A stretch of 64,000 nucleotides of DNA from Escherichia coli (GTDB lineage Bacteria; Pseudomonadota; Gammaproteobacteria; Enterobacterales; Enterobacteriaceae), in assembly GCF_003334405.1 (NCBI RefSeq), contig NZ_QOWM01000012.1; one strand, written 5' to 3'. Numbering within the stretch: the stretch's first letter is position 1; each line of letters opens with the position of its first letter. Positions 1 through 9,987 of this stretch are shown here, piece by piece. The notes below the pieces were generated by a model. That model did no database searches. It was not told the DNA's origin and worked only from the letters and a program-made list of their open reading frames with translations. The translations under genes were made by a program, and so were the position numbers.

Positions 1-36
1 CAACATGTCCCAGGTGACGATGTATTTTTCGCTCAT
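1..36 (-). CDS. gpt: xanthine-guanine phosphoribosyltransferase, first 12 codons only (gene runs off the window start)
   Basis: Reverse complement of 1-36 reads ATG AGC GAA AAA TAC ATC GTC ACC TGG GAC ATG TTG = MSEKYIVTWDML, the Gpt N-terminus; divergent from pepD as in E. coli. Confidence 0.6.
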   Translation of the reverse strand, partial: MSEKYIVTWDML

Positions 37-296
37 GTGAAGTGTCCCAGCCTGTTTATCTACGGCTTAAAAAGTGTTCGAGGGGAAAATAGGTTGCGCG
101 AGATTATAGAGATCTGGCGCACTAAAAACCAGTATTTCACATGAGTCCGCGTCTTTTTACGCACTGCCTCTCCCTGACGCGGGATAAAGTGGTATTCTCA
201 AACATATCTCGCAAGCCTGTCTTGTGTTGACAACATTTTCTGCTAACCCTGTGACCTGCAATACTGTTTTGCGGGTGATCGACAAGGAGACTTAAC

Positions 297-1754
297 GTGT
301 CTGAACTGTCTCAATTATCTCCACAGCCGCTGTGGGATATTTTTGCCAAAATCTGTTCTATTCCTCACCCGTCCTATCATGAAGAGCAACTCGCTGAATA
401 CATTGTTGGTTGGGCAAAAGAGAAAGGTTTCCATGTCGAACGCGATCAGGTAGGTAATATCCTGATTCGTAAACCTGCTACCGCAGGTATGGAAAATCGT
501 AAACCGGTCGTCTTACAGGCCCACCTCGATATGGTGCCGCAGAAAAATAACGACACCGTGCATGACTTCACGAAAGATCCTATCCAGCCTTATATTGATG
601 GCGAATGGGTTAAAGCGCGCGGCACCACGCTGGGTGCGGATAACGGCATTGGTATGGCCTCTGCGCTGGCGGTTCTGGCTGACGAAAACGTGGTTCACGG
701 CCCGCTGGAAGTGCTGCTGACCATGACCGAAGAAGCCGGTATGGACGGTGCGTTCGGCTTACAGGGCAACTGGTTGCAGGCTGATATTCTGATTAACACC
801 GACTCCGAAGAAGAAGGTGAAATCTACATGGGTTGTGCGGGGGGTATCGACTTCACCTCCAACCTGCATTTAGATCGTGAAGCGGTTCCAGCTGGTTTTG
901 AAACCTTCAAGTTAACCTTAAAAGGTCTGAAAGGCGGTCACTCCGGCGGGGAAATCCACGTTGGGCTGGGTAATGCCAACAAACTGCTGGTGCGCTTCCT
1001 GGCGGGTCATGCGGAAGAACTGGATCTGCGCCTTATCGATTTCAACGGCGGCACACTGCGTAACGCCATCCCGCGTGAAGCCTTTGCGACCATTGCTGTC
1101 GCAGCTGATAAAGTCGACGTCCTGAAATCTCTGGTGAATACCTATCAGGAGATCCTGAAAAACGAGCTGGCAGAAAAAGAGAAAAATCTGGCCTTATTGC
1201 TGGACTCTGTAGCGAACGATAAAGCTGCCCTGATTGCGAAATCTCGCGATACCTTTATTCGTCTGCTGAACGCCACCCCGAACGGTGTGATTCGTAACTC
1301 CGATGTAGCCAAAGGTGTGGTTGAAACCTCCCTGAACGTCGGTGTGGTGACCATGACTGACAATAACGTAGAAATTCACTGCCTGATCCGTTCACTGATC
1401 GACAGCGGTAAAGACTACGTGGTGAGCATGCTGGATTCGCTGGGTAAACTGGCTGGCGCGAAAACCGAAGCGAAAGGCGCATATCCTGGCTGGCAGCCGG
1501 ACGCTAATTCTCCGGTGATGCATCTGGTACGTGAAACCTATCAGCGCCTGTTCAACAAGACGCCGAACATCCAGATTATCCACGCGGGCCTGGAATGTGG
1601 TCTGTTCAAAAAACCGTATCCGGAAATGGACATGGTTTCTATCGGGCCAACTATCACCGGTCCACACTCTCCGGATGAGCAAGTTCACATCGAAAGCGTA
1701 GGTCATTACTGGACACTGCTGACTGAACTGCTGAAAGAAATTCCGGCGAAGTAA
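297..1754 (+). CDS. pepD: aminoacyl-histidine dipeptidase (cytosol non-specific dipeptidase)
   Basis: 485-aa ORF, GTG start, M20-family metallopeptidase hallmarks (HLDMVP, GADNGIG, EEEGE); synteny with gpt. Confidence 0.95.
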   Translation: MSELSQLSPQPLWDIFAKICSIPHPSYHEEQLAEYIVGWAKEKGFHVERDQVGNILIRKPATAGMENRKPVVLQAHLDMVPQKNNDTVHDFTKDPIQPYIDGEWVKARGTTLGADNGIGMASALAVLADENVVHGPLEVLLTMTEEAGMDGAFGLQGNWLQADILINTDSEEEGEIYMGCAGGIDFTSNLHLDREAVPAGFETFKLTLKGLKGGHSGGEIHVGLGNANKLLVRFLAGHAEELDLRLIDFNGGTLRNAIPREAFATIAVAADKVDVLKSLVNTYQEILKNELAEKEKNLALLLDSVANDKAALIAKSRDTFIRLLNATPNGVIRNSDVAKGVVETSLNVGVVTMTDNNVEIHCLIRSLIDSGKDYVVSMLDSLGKLAGAKTEAKGAYPGWQPDANSPVMHLVRETYQRLFNKTPNIQIIHAGLECGLFKKPYPEMDMVSIGPTITGPHSPDEQVHIESVGHYWTLLTELLKEIPAK

Positions 1755-1766
1755 TTATTTGATTTG

Positions 1767-1804
1767 CTGCCGGATGGCGTTTAATCGCCTTCCGGCAGTT
1801 TCAT
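1767..1804. terminator. bidirectional intrinsic terminator between pepD and prfH
   Basis: Inverted repeat ctgccgga...tccggcag followed by T-rich run immediately after pepD stop. Confidence 0.5.
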
Positions 1805-1810
1805 CCTTCA

Positions 1811-2368
1811 TTATCCTTCGATAAAAGCCATCCCTGTAAATGTCCGTCGCGGGTTGCCACGTTCAATCTGGTGATGGAACATTCGCCGCTGCGATTTCAG
1901 CGCCGCGCTATTTTCCTGTTGCTGTTGCTCCAGCTTCCAGGCAATCAGCAATCGTGCCAGCCGCTTGTTAGCATGCTGACTACGCTCTGACTGAACCTTC
2001 ACGCTAATACCGGATGCCAAATGCGTGGCGCGTACCGCCGAGTCGGTTTTATTGACATGTTGACCGCCCGGCCCCGACGAACGCAGCGTCTCATAACGGA
2101 TTGCATCCGATTGTTCCTGCTCATCAGCGGTAAAACGCCCAATGCCCAGAAACCAGTTTTTGCGCCCATGATGAGGCCGATACGGACTCGGACAAATCCA
2201 CTGAATAGTGCCACACCAGCTTTCGCTTAATGCCCATGCGTTATCGCCATCGAGAGAAACCAGCGCCGAACGCAGTGTGTCAGAGTAGCGGCCCGTTTCT
2301 GTTTCCAGCACCGTTACCGCGACGTCTTGCCGGGTAAAAACGACCAACAGAGAAGAACGCTGCGCCAA
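1811..2368 (-). pseudogene. prfH: peptide chain release factor homolog PrfH, 5-prime disrupted
   Basis: C-terminal part carries GGQ release-factor motif ([16 protein letters not shown]); N-terminal part of the ORF is out-of-frame read-through from an rtcB-like fragment. Confidence 0.6.
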
Positions 2369-2546
2369 TCGGGTAGCCGCGTCCGGGGTGTAAATCTGGC
2401 ATCCCCACTACGCGCTGCATGTTGGGTAAATTTGCCGTGGTGTGTAATTGTTGGATCGCTAAACTCTCGATCCACAGGTCATCAGATGCGATGGTAAATA
2501 CCGCATCGGATAAGGGACGAATATATTTGCCCATGTACCATTCCAT
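2280..2546 (-). pseudogene. ykfJ: RtcB-family RNA ligase, N-terminal fragment only
   Basis: First ~55 aa match RtcB N-terminus including [16 protein letters not shown] metal-binding motif, then frame is lost and overlaps prfH frame: deletion scar. Confidence 0.5.
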
Positions 2547-2680
2547 TTATACTCGTCATACTTCAAGTTGCATGTACTGCGACTGCGTTCGTTCACCCCA
2601 GTCACTTACTTATGTAAGCTCCTGGCGATTCACTCGCTTGTCGCCTTCCTGCAACTCGAATTATTTAGAGTATATAAATA
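2538..2680 (-). repeat. ERIC/IRU intergenic repeat
   Basis: Reverse complement contains GTGAATCGCCAGGAGCTTACATAAGTAAGTGACTGGGGTGAACG and ACATGCAACTTGAAGTATGACGAGTATAAATGG, matching the enterobacterial ERIC consensus. Confidence 0.7.
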
Positions 2681-2851
2681 TAAAAATCAGGAAATGGCAG
2701 ACGAATCCAGGGCAAGAAAAAAAGAATTAATCCTGGAAAGGTCTGCAAAGAGTCATTGATAAAGGATTTGTCATGATTTACCTCCTTGCAGTTTGTGGAA
2801 TCAGAAAACGCGCACATACCAGGCGGGCGTTATTTTCATTGCAAGCTGGAT

Positions 2852-3304
2852 TTAATGTTGCGGTTTATATCGCATATAAAAATTAGTAAACCACGCTCCC
2901 CGGCATTCAACGCGCTGCTGCTTAACTGTCTGAAAACCATAACGTTCAAAAAAGGGTTTTGCGGTTATGCTTGCGTCCACCGTAAGTTCGGATTCAGACT
3001 TAATCAAAGGTTTTAACAAAGCGCTGGCAACCCCACGGCGGGTGTATTCAGGGTCAACAAATAACATATCGATATAATGTTCAATGCGGGAAATAAAACC
3101 AACCGGTTGTGCATTAATGATCGCAACCCACACTTGTGATTTCGCGAGTTTCTCCTTCCAGCGAGATTCGTCAATCTGCGCCCAGGCGGAAATTTGTTGT
3201 GGTGAATAATGCTGACTGGCGGTCATCGTAACCGCTCTAATGAAAATAGCGCATAGTTGCTGAAAATCGCCAGGCTGATAGTTTCTTATTTGTATGTTAT
3301 TCAT
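2852..3304 (-). CDS. yafP: GNAT-family N-acetyltransferase YafP
   Basis: 150-aa ORF, last gene of dinB-yafN-yafO-yafP arrangement. Confidence 0.85.
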   Translation of the reverse strand: MNNIQIRNYQPGDFQQLCAIFIRAVTMTASQHYSPQQISAWAQIDESRWKEKLAKSQVWVAIINAQPVGFISRIEHYIDMLFVDPEYTRRGVASALLKPLIKSESELTVDASITAKPFFERYGFQTVKQQRVECRGAWFTNFYMRYKPQH

Positions 3305-3313
3305 AATATAAAT

Positions 3314-3712
3314 TCAAAAACGCATGCGAAACGCTTCTGCCATTTTCCCAATTTTATGCATTTGGTTGTTATCTCGAGCCAGTTTATGAGGTTCAGGTTT
3401 CAGAATGGCAATGAGCAACCATGCTTGCTCATCAAACGCCCCCTGACAATATACCAAATGCGCTTCGTCATTCGTTCTGCTGAATTGGCGCAACTGTGGC
3501 GGAAATGGATTATTCTCATTTGCCAGATGAATATGAGCAACTCGCTCAAATTTGATTAATGGCCAGGTAAAGGAGTCGTCGTAGAGTGCATCGCGACCAA
3601 ATATATCTGGCAAAACACCGTCACGCTTATAGGAAATAAAATCCGCCGTTAACGCATCAAGTTCCTCTGCTGTAAGTTGCAGGCGAATAAGTTTTGTTTT
3701 GAATACCCGCAT
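3314..3712 (-). CDS. yafO: ribosome-dependent mRNA interferase toxin YafO
   Basis: 132-aa ORF directly downstream of yafN, conserved operon position. Confidence 0.85.
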   Translation of the reverse strand: MRVFKTKLIRLQLTAEELDALTADFISYKRDGVLPDIFGRDALYDDSFTWPLIKFERVAHIHLANENNPFPPQLRQFSRTNDEAHLVYCQGAFDEQAWLLIAILKPEPHKLARDNNQMHKIGKMAEAFRMRF

Positions 3713-3714
3713 CC

Positions 3715-4008
3715 TTATTCCTTAAAGTCATTGAAATCATCATCCGTCATATCATTAAGATATTGTTCAGCGCGGCGTGTAATTTCCTCTAATCTTGCAG
3801 CACTTGGACGGAAGCGCGCCTTTATGGGCTTTTTCTCCTCTTGTTCAGCAAGCATGTCCATTAACGCTTCGAATGCGCTGGCACTTAAGAGATATCCTGC
3901 GGGGCGATTATTAGAAAGAACCGCAACCGGTTGATCAATAAAGTATTTAGCTGGGTTTTTACGTAACTCAGTGATATTGACCGATTTTTCAGCGAGAATT
4001 CGATGCAT
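3715..4008 (-). CDS. yafN: antitoxin YafN (Phd/YefM-like)
   Basis: 97-aa ORF between dinB and yafO; acidic C-terminus typical of antitoxins. Confidence 0.85.
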   Translation of the reverse strand: MHRILAEKSVNITELRKNPAKYFIDQPVAVLSNNRPAGYLLSASAFEALMDMLAEQEEKKPIKARFRPSAARLEEITRRAEQYLNDMTDDDFNDFKE

Positions 4009-4059
4009 ACAGTGATACCCTCATAATAATGCACACCAGAATATACATAATAGTATACA

Positions 4060-5115
4060 TCATAATCCCAGCACCAGTTGTCTTTCCATTTGCGGGTCAA
4101 GCAACGTCACATGCAGCCCCACCAGACGCACACCGCGCCCGCCGCGGCGTTCATCCCAGGTTTTACGCGCGGTGGCGATTAGATCAGCTTTATTCAGCCG
4201 CGGCCAGACGTGCTCCTGGGTGGTTTGCTGAAAATCGTCGAACTTTAATTTCACCCCCTGGCGAGCAATCAGTAAATCAGGTTTTACCTTTGCCAGACGG
4301 CGTTCAAGTTCCGGATACAGCCGCTCGATAATCGCTTCACATTCAGACCAGTGATGAATATCTTCCGCCATCGTGCGTTCCACGCCGACGGATTTTCGCA
4401 ACCGTTCGCTGTTAACATCGCGTTCGTCAATCCCCTGACTACGCTCCCACAAAATGCGGCCAAATTTGCCAAAGCGTTTAAGCAGCATCACCAGATCACA
4501 CTTTTGTACATCACCGCAGGTCCGCAGCCCCATCGCTTCCAGTTTTGCCGCTGAGACTTTGCCGACGCCGGGGATTTTTGCCAGCGGTAAGGTTTGTAAA
4601 AATGCCGGAACTTCTGCCGGCGTAATCACAAACTGGCCGTTGGGTTTATTCATGTCGGAGGCGATTTTGGCGAGAAACTTTACTGGTGCCACGCCCGCAG
4701 ACGCCGTCAGTTGCAGCTCGTTGAAGATTGTCTGGCGGATTTCCTGGGCGATGAGGGTCGCAGAACCGTGGCAATGGACGCTATCGGTGACATCGAGATA
4801 AGCCTCATCCAGTGACAACGGTTCAATGCGCGAGGTGTAGCGCGAGAAGATTTCACGGATATGATTTGAGGCTTCTTTGTAGGCGTCAAAGCGCCCCGGA
4901 AGCAAGGTGAGATGTGGGCATAATTTGAGCGCCATCCCTGTCGGCATAGCGCTACGTACGCCAAATTTACGCGCGGGATAATTGGCGGTGCTGATCACCC
5001 CCCGACGTTCGCGGCTGCCGCCAATAGCAATAGGGATATCGCGCAGGGCGGGATTGTCGCGCATCTCCACTGCGGCGAAAAAGCAGTCCATATCCACATG
5101 AATGATTTTACGCAT
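4060..5115 (-). CDS. dinB: DNA polymerase IV (Y-family translesion polymerase)
   Basis: 351-aa ORF starting [22 protein letters not shown], canonical DinB N-terminus. Confidence 0.95.
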
Positions 5116-5129
5116 TGCTCACCTCTCAA

Positions 5130-5149
5130 CACTGGTAAAGTATACAGTG
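5130..5149 (-). promoter_or_regulatory. LexA operator (SOS box) of dinB
   Basis: cactggtaaagtatacagtg = CACTGTATACTTTACCAGTG on the coding strand, CTG-N10-CAG palindrome 15 nt upstream of dinB ATG. Confidence 0.8.
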
Positions 5150-5185
5150 ATTTCAGGGTTTGAGAAATGCGTAAAGATTCAGCAT

Positions 5186-6109
5186 TTAACGCGTTCGCTG
5201 CGAAAGCACCTGCTGCTTATCCAGCTTTTGCACCAGCGGCTGCACCACTTTATCCCCATGCTGACCAAAGTATTGATACAGCGTATCGGACGCACTTTTG
5301 GTCAGCACCATAATCTCAATGCGCCGGTTGCCCGCGCTTTGCGGATTTTTGGAATCCAGCAGCATCTGGTCCGCCATTGCGCTTACCTGCATCACTTTAT
5401 CTTCCGGCATTCCGGCCTCTTCCAGCACCCGACGAGCCGAAAGCGCGCGGTCACCCGAAAGGTTCCAGTTGTTGTAGATATTGTTTTTGTAGGCCATCGC
5501 ATCGGTATGCCCGGTAATAATAATTTTATTATCGAGCGAGTCGAACACTGGCGCGAGCTCCACCAGCAGCGTTTTAAAGAACGGCATAATCTTCGCGCTG
5601 CCGCGTTCAAACATATTGCGGTTCTGGTCGTCTTTAATCAGCACGCGTAATCCCTGGGGAACAATCTCCATCTCCAGATTCGCTTCCATATGCGCATCAC
5701 GGGCAATGGTGTTGATACTGGTTGCCAGCTCACCAAGCTCGGTGGCGGATTTCTTCTTCAGCAGCGCCGTTTTCTCATTCACATCACGCGCTTTTTTCTC
5801 CGTCTCTTCCGGCACCGCCACGGTGGCAGGTTTTGGCGGATGAGACGGGCTGATTTTATTTAACGGCGACAGCCCACCACCGTTAAAAATCGACTGCCCG
5901 TGCAGCGCGGCGATAATGCTTTCACGCTCGGATTTACTGACGCTGTTGACAATCCACAGCGTCATAAACAGCGCCATCATTGCCAAAGTAAAGTCGGCGA
6001 ACGCCACCTTCCACGCCCCGCCGTGGTGCCCGGCATGATTCTTTTTGATCTGCCGCCGGACGATGGTGGTTTTTGCCCCACGATCGCGGCGGTTACCCGT
6101 CTTTCTCAT
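5186..6109 (-). CDS. lafU: lateral flagellar stator protein LafU (MotB-like)
   Basis: N-terminus ...HGGAWKVAFADFTLAMMALFMTLWIV matches the MotB TM/plug region; C-terminal OmpA-like domain; ATG placed at MRKTGNRR 2 nt after lafT stop. Confidence 0.85.
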   Translation of the reverse strand: MRKTGNRRDRGAKTTIVRRQIKKNHAGHHGGAWKVAFADFTLAMMALFMTLWIVNSVSKSERESIIAALHGQSIFNGGGLSPLNKISPSHPPKPATVAVPEETEKKARDVNEKTALLKKKSATELGELATSINTIARDAHMEANLEMEIVPQGLRVLIKDDQNRNMFERGSAKIMPFFKTLLVELAPVFDSLDNKIIITGHTDAMAYKNNIYNNWNLSGDRALSARRVLEEAGMPEDKVMQVSAMADQMLLDSKNPQSAGNRRIEIMVLTKSASDTLYQYFGQHGDKVVQPLVQKLDKQQVLSQRTR

Positions 6110-6111
6110 GC

Positions 6112-6975
6112 TTATTCTTGCTCCAGCATCGCATTCACCCACGCGTCGAGGTTGGCGAAGGTCGGTTTGGACGCCAGATGCAGTAGCTTACGCCCGGCGT
6201 CCACCGCCAGCAGCGTCGGTTTGCCGCCTGCCTGCGCCACCAGCACGGTACGCACGCATTCCAGCAAAGAATGTTCTGCCCGCGCCTGTTGTTCCATGGC
6301 GTTGGCGAGTGGGTCCATCAGGCAGTAGCAGATAAAGACGCCTAAAAATGTCCCCACCAGCGCTGCCGCCACTTTCAGGCCAATCAGGGCGATAGAGCCG
6401 TCAATCGACTGCATGGTGATGATGATGCCCAACACCGCCGCACAAATGCCAAACCCCGGCATCGCTTCGGCGGTACGTTGCAGCGAGCGCGACGGCGTTA
6501 GCAGCGACTCTTCCGCGGTGTCCAGTTCCTGATCGAGAATGCCTTCCAGTTCATGGGCGTCGATTTTACCCATCGCCATCAGGCGAAAGTTATCGGCAAT
6601 AAAGGTCACCAGCCGCTTCTGGGTTAACACCAGCGGGTATTTCTGGAAAATGGTGCTCTCTTCCGGTTGCTCAATATGTTGATCCAGCATGCGCAGACCA
6701 CCGTTTTGCACCATTTCGAGTAACTCATACAGGCACATTAATAGCTGGCGCTGAAACTCCGGCCCGAGCTGTTTTTTACTGATTACGCCTTTAATTTGAT
6801 GGGCAATCTCTTTCAGCACATGTTTCGGGTTACCAATAATCATCGCCCCGAAACCGGCACCCAAAATAATGATCATTTCCGCCGGTTGCCAGATAGCCAC
6901 TAATTGCCCGCCCGCTTCAAAATAACCGCCAAATACGCAGCCGAGCACCACCAGTAAACCTAATATTTTTTGCAT
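6112..6975 (-). CDS. lafT: lateral flagellar stator protein LafT (MotA-like)
   Basis: 287-aa multi-TM protein upstream of and coupled to MotB-like gene. Confidence 0.85.
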   Translation of the reverse strand: MQKILGLLVVLGCVFGGYFEAGGQLVAIWQPAEMIIILGAGFGAMIIGNPKHVLKEIAHQIKGVISKKQLGPEFQRQLLMCLYELLEMVQNGGLRMLDQHIEQPEESTIFQKYPLVLTQKRLVTFIADNFRLMAMGKIDAHELEGILDQELDTAEESLLTPSRSLQRTAEAMPGFGICAAVLGIIITMQSIDGSIALIGLKVAAALVGTFLGVFICYCLMDPLANAMEQQARAEHSLLECVRTVLVAQAGGKPTLLAVDAGRKLLHLASKPTFANLDAWVNAMLEQE

Positions 6976-6987
6976 GATTTCTTCACT

Positions 6988-7704
6988 TTAATTCGGATAG
7001 ACAAAATCACGAATTTTCTGCGCGATCTGTTTATTCAGTTGACAAATTCGGGCCTCGGTTAGCCCTAATACCAGCGCAATCTCTTTGAGATTCATCTCAT
7101 GCTGGTAATACATGGAGAGGATCAGTTGCTCTTTTTCGCTTAATTGTGAAAGCGCCTGTTGCAGCATTTGCTGGGTGACAAACTGATCTTCCAGCTCCCT
7201 GCCAGCAAGCAGAATGCCAGGCCCTTCGCCGTTCAGCAGTTCGTCCAGGCTGGCGAGCGTTTCCGCCCCTTCCAGTTGCTGATATTCGAGATAATCTTCA
7301 TGCGAGATCCCTTCCACGGCCAGTTCTGACCACTCCGGTTCGTGCCCCAGTTTTTTGCGCGTTTCGCGAATCAGATCTTTCATCTGATGATATTTCTGTC
7401 GCAGCTGGCGCGGTCGCCAGTCGAGAGCGCGCAGCTCATCCAGGATCGCGCCGCGAATACGGTGCACGGCATAGCCCGCAAAACCTTCGTCCGGCAGCCC
7501 GTAGCGACGGATGGCATTAAGCAGCCCCATTAACGCCGTTTGTTCCATATCCTGACGATCAATAATGCAATTACACTGCGGGGCAAGTTGCCGCACCACT
7601 TTACGCACCAACGGTAAATAGGCCTGCAAGTAGTGGCTCTCCTGCTGCGGGGTTAATACCGGCGCGGCAGCAAATTCTTCCGACTCGAATACATCCTGTA
7701 GCAT
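6988..7704 (-). CDS. lafS: lateral flagellar sigma factor LafS (FliA/sigma-28 family)
   Basis: 238 aa; sigma-70 region 2/4 like segments and C-terminal HTH (LKEIALVLGLTEARICQL). Confidence 0.85.
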   Translation of the reverse strand: MLQDVFESEEFAAAPVLTPQQESHYLQAYLPLVRKVVRQLAPQCNCIIDRQDMEQTALMGLLNAIRRYGLPDEGFAGYAVHRIRGAILDELRALDWRPRQLRQKYHQMKDLIRETRKKLGHEPEWSELAVEGISHEDYLEYQQLEGAETLASLDELLNGEGPGILLAGRELEDQFVTQQMLQQALSQLSEKEQLILSMYYQHEMNLKEIALVLGLTEARICQLNKQIAQKIRDFVYPN

Positions 7705-7723
7705 ATTTATATCCGCCTGGTGA

Positions 7724-8191
7724 TTACTGGAAGACCACTTTTTTCACCAGCAAATCCTTATACGGTGCGCTCATTTTGCGACGCTGAAGATCTTTCTTTA
7801 ACGCGTCAGAAATGAGTTTGCGGATGGCGGATATTTTCATGCCACGCAAATCTTCAAATTTCATTTCCGTCAGGCATTCAACCGCAATACTTTGATACAG
7901 CGGCTCCTGATGTTTTATTTTTTCCGCTTCTTTGTCACTGGCGACCACCATCACTAATTCCGCCGACAAATAATGGTCCGCGCCGTTGTTGTCATGCAGC
8001 GTGACAATGGTTTCCGGCAACGTCACAAACACGCTTTTGCTTTCATCCAGGGTTTCCACCGTTTCCGTCTGCGCGGCGGCAGTCGGTTTTCCTTTTCCGG
8101 CATAATGATGCCAGACACCCCATCCAGCTCCGGCCCCCACCACCAACGCCAGAACGGCGCTGACCACGCCCGCCACCACGATTTTCTTCAT
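7724..8191 (-). CDS. lafF: FliL-like basal-body-associated protein LafF
   Basis: 155 aa, single N-terminal TM helix, position between fliK-like and fliA-like genes. Confidence 0.7.
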   Translation of the reverse strand: MKKIVVAGVVSAVLALVVGAGAGWGVWHHYAGKGKPTAAAQTETVETLDESKSVFVTLPETIVTLHDNNGADHYLSAELVMVVASDKEAEKIKHQEPLYQSIAVECLTEMKFEDLRGMKISAIRKLISDALKKDLQRRKMSAPYKDLLVKKVVFQ

Positions 8192-8198
8192 ATTGCCT

Positions 8199-9260
8199 TT
8201 ACACTTTGATCAAAACGGATTCGTTCTGTTGAAATTGAGGCGCATCATCAAGCTGTAAGGCGGCACTCACCTCTTCCTGCTGATGGCCCGACTGTTGTTG
8301 TTGCTGCGACTGCCCTTCGGAGGAGACCTGTACGTTCACCTCCATAAAATTTTGCGCCGTCAGATGCTGGCGGAGATCGTCGCTAAACTGCTGTAACGCG
8401 CGGCAAACTTCACTTTGGTTCGCGCCGATGTGCACCATCAGTTTGCCGTTGTCGAGTTGTACGGCGATCTCGAGCTTGCCAAGCGACGGTGGATCGAGAC
8501 GGATGGTGGAGATCTGCTGTTGTTTGTTGAGCTGAAAGTGGATCTGATCTTTCAAAAGCGTCGTCAGTTTTTCGCCCAGTTCGTCCATCGAAAGCGTGGC
8601 TGGTTTGGCGACAATCTCCTGATGCTCGCTGAGCAGCTCCGGCGTCTTAACCTGCAACACCGCACGCGCAATAACCGGTTCGCTGTCCGGCACTTTTTCC
8701 GTTTTACGCTCGACCTGCGGGCGCGCGGTCACACGGGTTAGTTCAGGTTTTGGGCGAGCTGGCTGTGTTGAAACGCGCGGCTGCGTCGGCGCAATGGCAT
8801 GTAAATCTTCACTGGCGTAAGTCGCCAGTCTGGCCTGCTGTTCGGGCTTCGCCTGTGGCAACTGACTGATCAGTTCCTGCAACTGCGGCGGCAACGGCGT
8901 GAGTTCCTGCTGTTGCGTCTGGCGTTGCGGCGCGTTTTGCACCACCGCTTTCGTCAATTGCTGGATAACCGGCGATGTTGCGACGTTTCGCGGCTGCGGC
9001 GTGTGCTGATGCGGCGCGGCAGGTTGTGGAAGTAACAGCGCCATTAGCGCCTGCATCGCCACCGGATCGTTCTCCTGCGGGCGCGTCGCCTGTTGCTGAC
9101 TGGTTTTAGCGCTATGAACGCGCTCCGCCACCGCCGCGACCGCCATTTTCGGCAGGGTAAACGCGGGCGCGTTTTCACCGCTCACCGGCGGTAAAATATC
9201 CGCCTTCAACGAAGCGGTTTCCGCAAGCGTTCCGAGCGTGGCAAGCAATGCCGGATTCAT
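8199..9260 (-). CDS. lafE: hook-length control protein LafE (FliK-like)
   Basis: 353 aa, Q/P-rich central region and conserved FliK C-terminal domain (IRLDPPSLGKLEIAVQLDNGKLMVHIGANQSEV). Confidence 0.7.
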   Translation of the reverse strand: MNPALLATLGTLAETASLKADILPPVSGENAPAFTLPKMAVAAVAERVHSAKTSQQQATRPQENDPVAMQALMALLLPQPAAPHQHTPQPRNVATSPVIQQLTKAVVQNAPQRQTQQQELTPLPPQLQELISQLPQAKPEQQARLATYASEDLHAIAPTQPRVSTQPARPKPELTRVTARPQVERKTEKVPDSEPVIARAVLQVKTPELLSEHQEIVAKPATLSMDELGEKLTTLLKDQIHFQLNKQQQISTIRLDPPSLGKLEIAVQLDNGKLMVHIGANQSEVCRALQQFSDDLRQHLTAQNFMEVNVQVSSEGQSQQQQQSGHQQEEVSAALQLDDAPQFQQNESVLIKV

Positions 9261-9568
9261 GACTTCTCCGAAAGTAAATTAACAATTGAGTAGGCGAGCA
9301 CACCTTCCTGATGCCGCTGATGCTGTTCCATACGCGCCTTCAACACTTCTGCGCGCTGCTCGCGCCGTTTAATCAGGGCATTAAACGCGCCGTACAAATG
9401 CGCCTTTACCGCACAGAACTGCGCCGCGTCGGTTTCCGCCGCCGCGTAATCGTGAAACTGGCGCATCAACTGCTGATGCAGTGCCGGAAGGCGTCGCCAG
9501 CGTTGCTTGTCGAGGGCTTCATTCATCGCCTCGACCAGTGCGAAAAGTTGCCTGCGTTGTTTTTCCAT
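9257..9568 (-). CDS. lafD: FliT-like export chaperone LafD
   Basis: 103-aa helical protein between fliS-like and fliK-like genes. Confidence 0.55.
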   Translation of the reverse strand: MEKQRRQLFALVEAMNEALDKQRWRRLPALHQQLMRQFHDYAAAETDAAQFCAVKAHLYGAFNALIKRREQRAEVLKARMEQHQRHQEGVLAYSIVNLLSEKS

Positions 9569-9572
9569 CGTC

Positions 9573-9965
9573 TTAACCCAGCTTGCCCGAAAGCCCTTCC
9601 CAGCCTTCGCGCAGGTTGCTTAAGATCAGCATCACTTCATCGATTTTCTCTGCCGATAATTCGCCGCTGGCCTCATACAATCGGTAAACGCAGTGGTCAT
9701 AGAGTCGCGAAAGGTTGACCACCAGCTCACCGCCGGTTTCAAACTCCAGCGAACTGGTAAGCGCATTGAGAATGTCGATGCATTTATTGATGCTCTGGGC
9801 TTTCTTCTCGAAACGCCGCCCTTCAATATGGCTTTTGGCGCGTTCCAGCTCGTCCATCAGGCCAGAAAACAGCACCAGCACCAGTTCCAGAGGCGATGCC
9901 GCCGCAGTACGCGCCGCGAGATCGATCTCTTTATATTGTGAATAGCCGTCCTGTACTTGGTACAT
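9573..9965 (-). CDS. lafC: flagellin-specific chaperone LafC (FliS-like)
   Basis: 130 aa; FliS-like N-terminus MYQVQDGYSQYKEIDL. Confidence 0.8.
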   Translation of the reverse strand: MYQVQDGYSQYKEIDLAARTAAASPLELVLVLFSGLMDELERAKSHIEGRRFEKKAQSINKCIDILNALTSSLEFETGGELVVNLSRLYDHCVYRLYEASGELSAEKIDEVMLILSNLREGWEGLSGKLG

Positions 9966-9987
9966 CTTTAGGGATATTCCTTCTGAG

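Noticed and set aside
2568-3016. Small ORFs (63 and 76 aa) between the rtcB fragment and yafP
   Set aside because: They lie within or next to the ERIC repeat, with no RBS or conservation signal; the second overlaps yafP antisense
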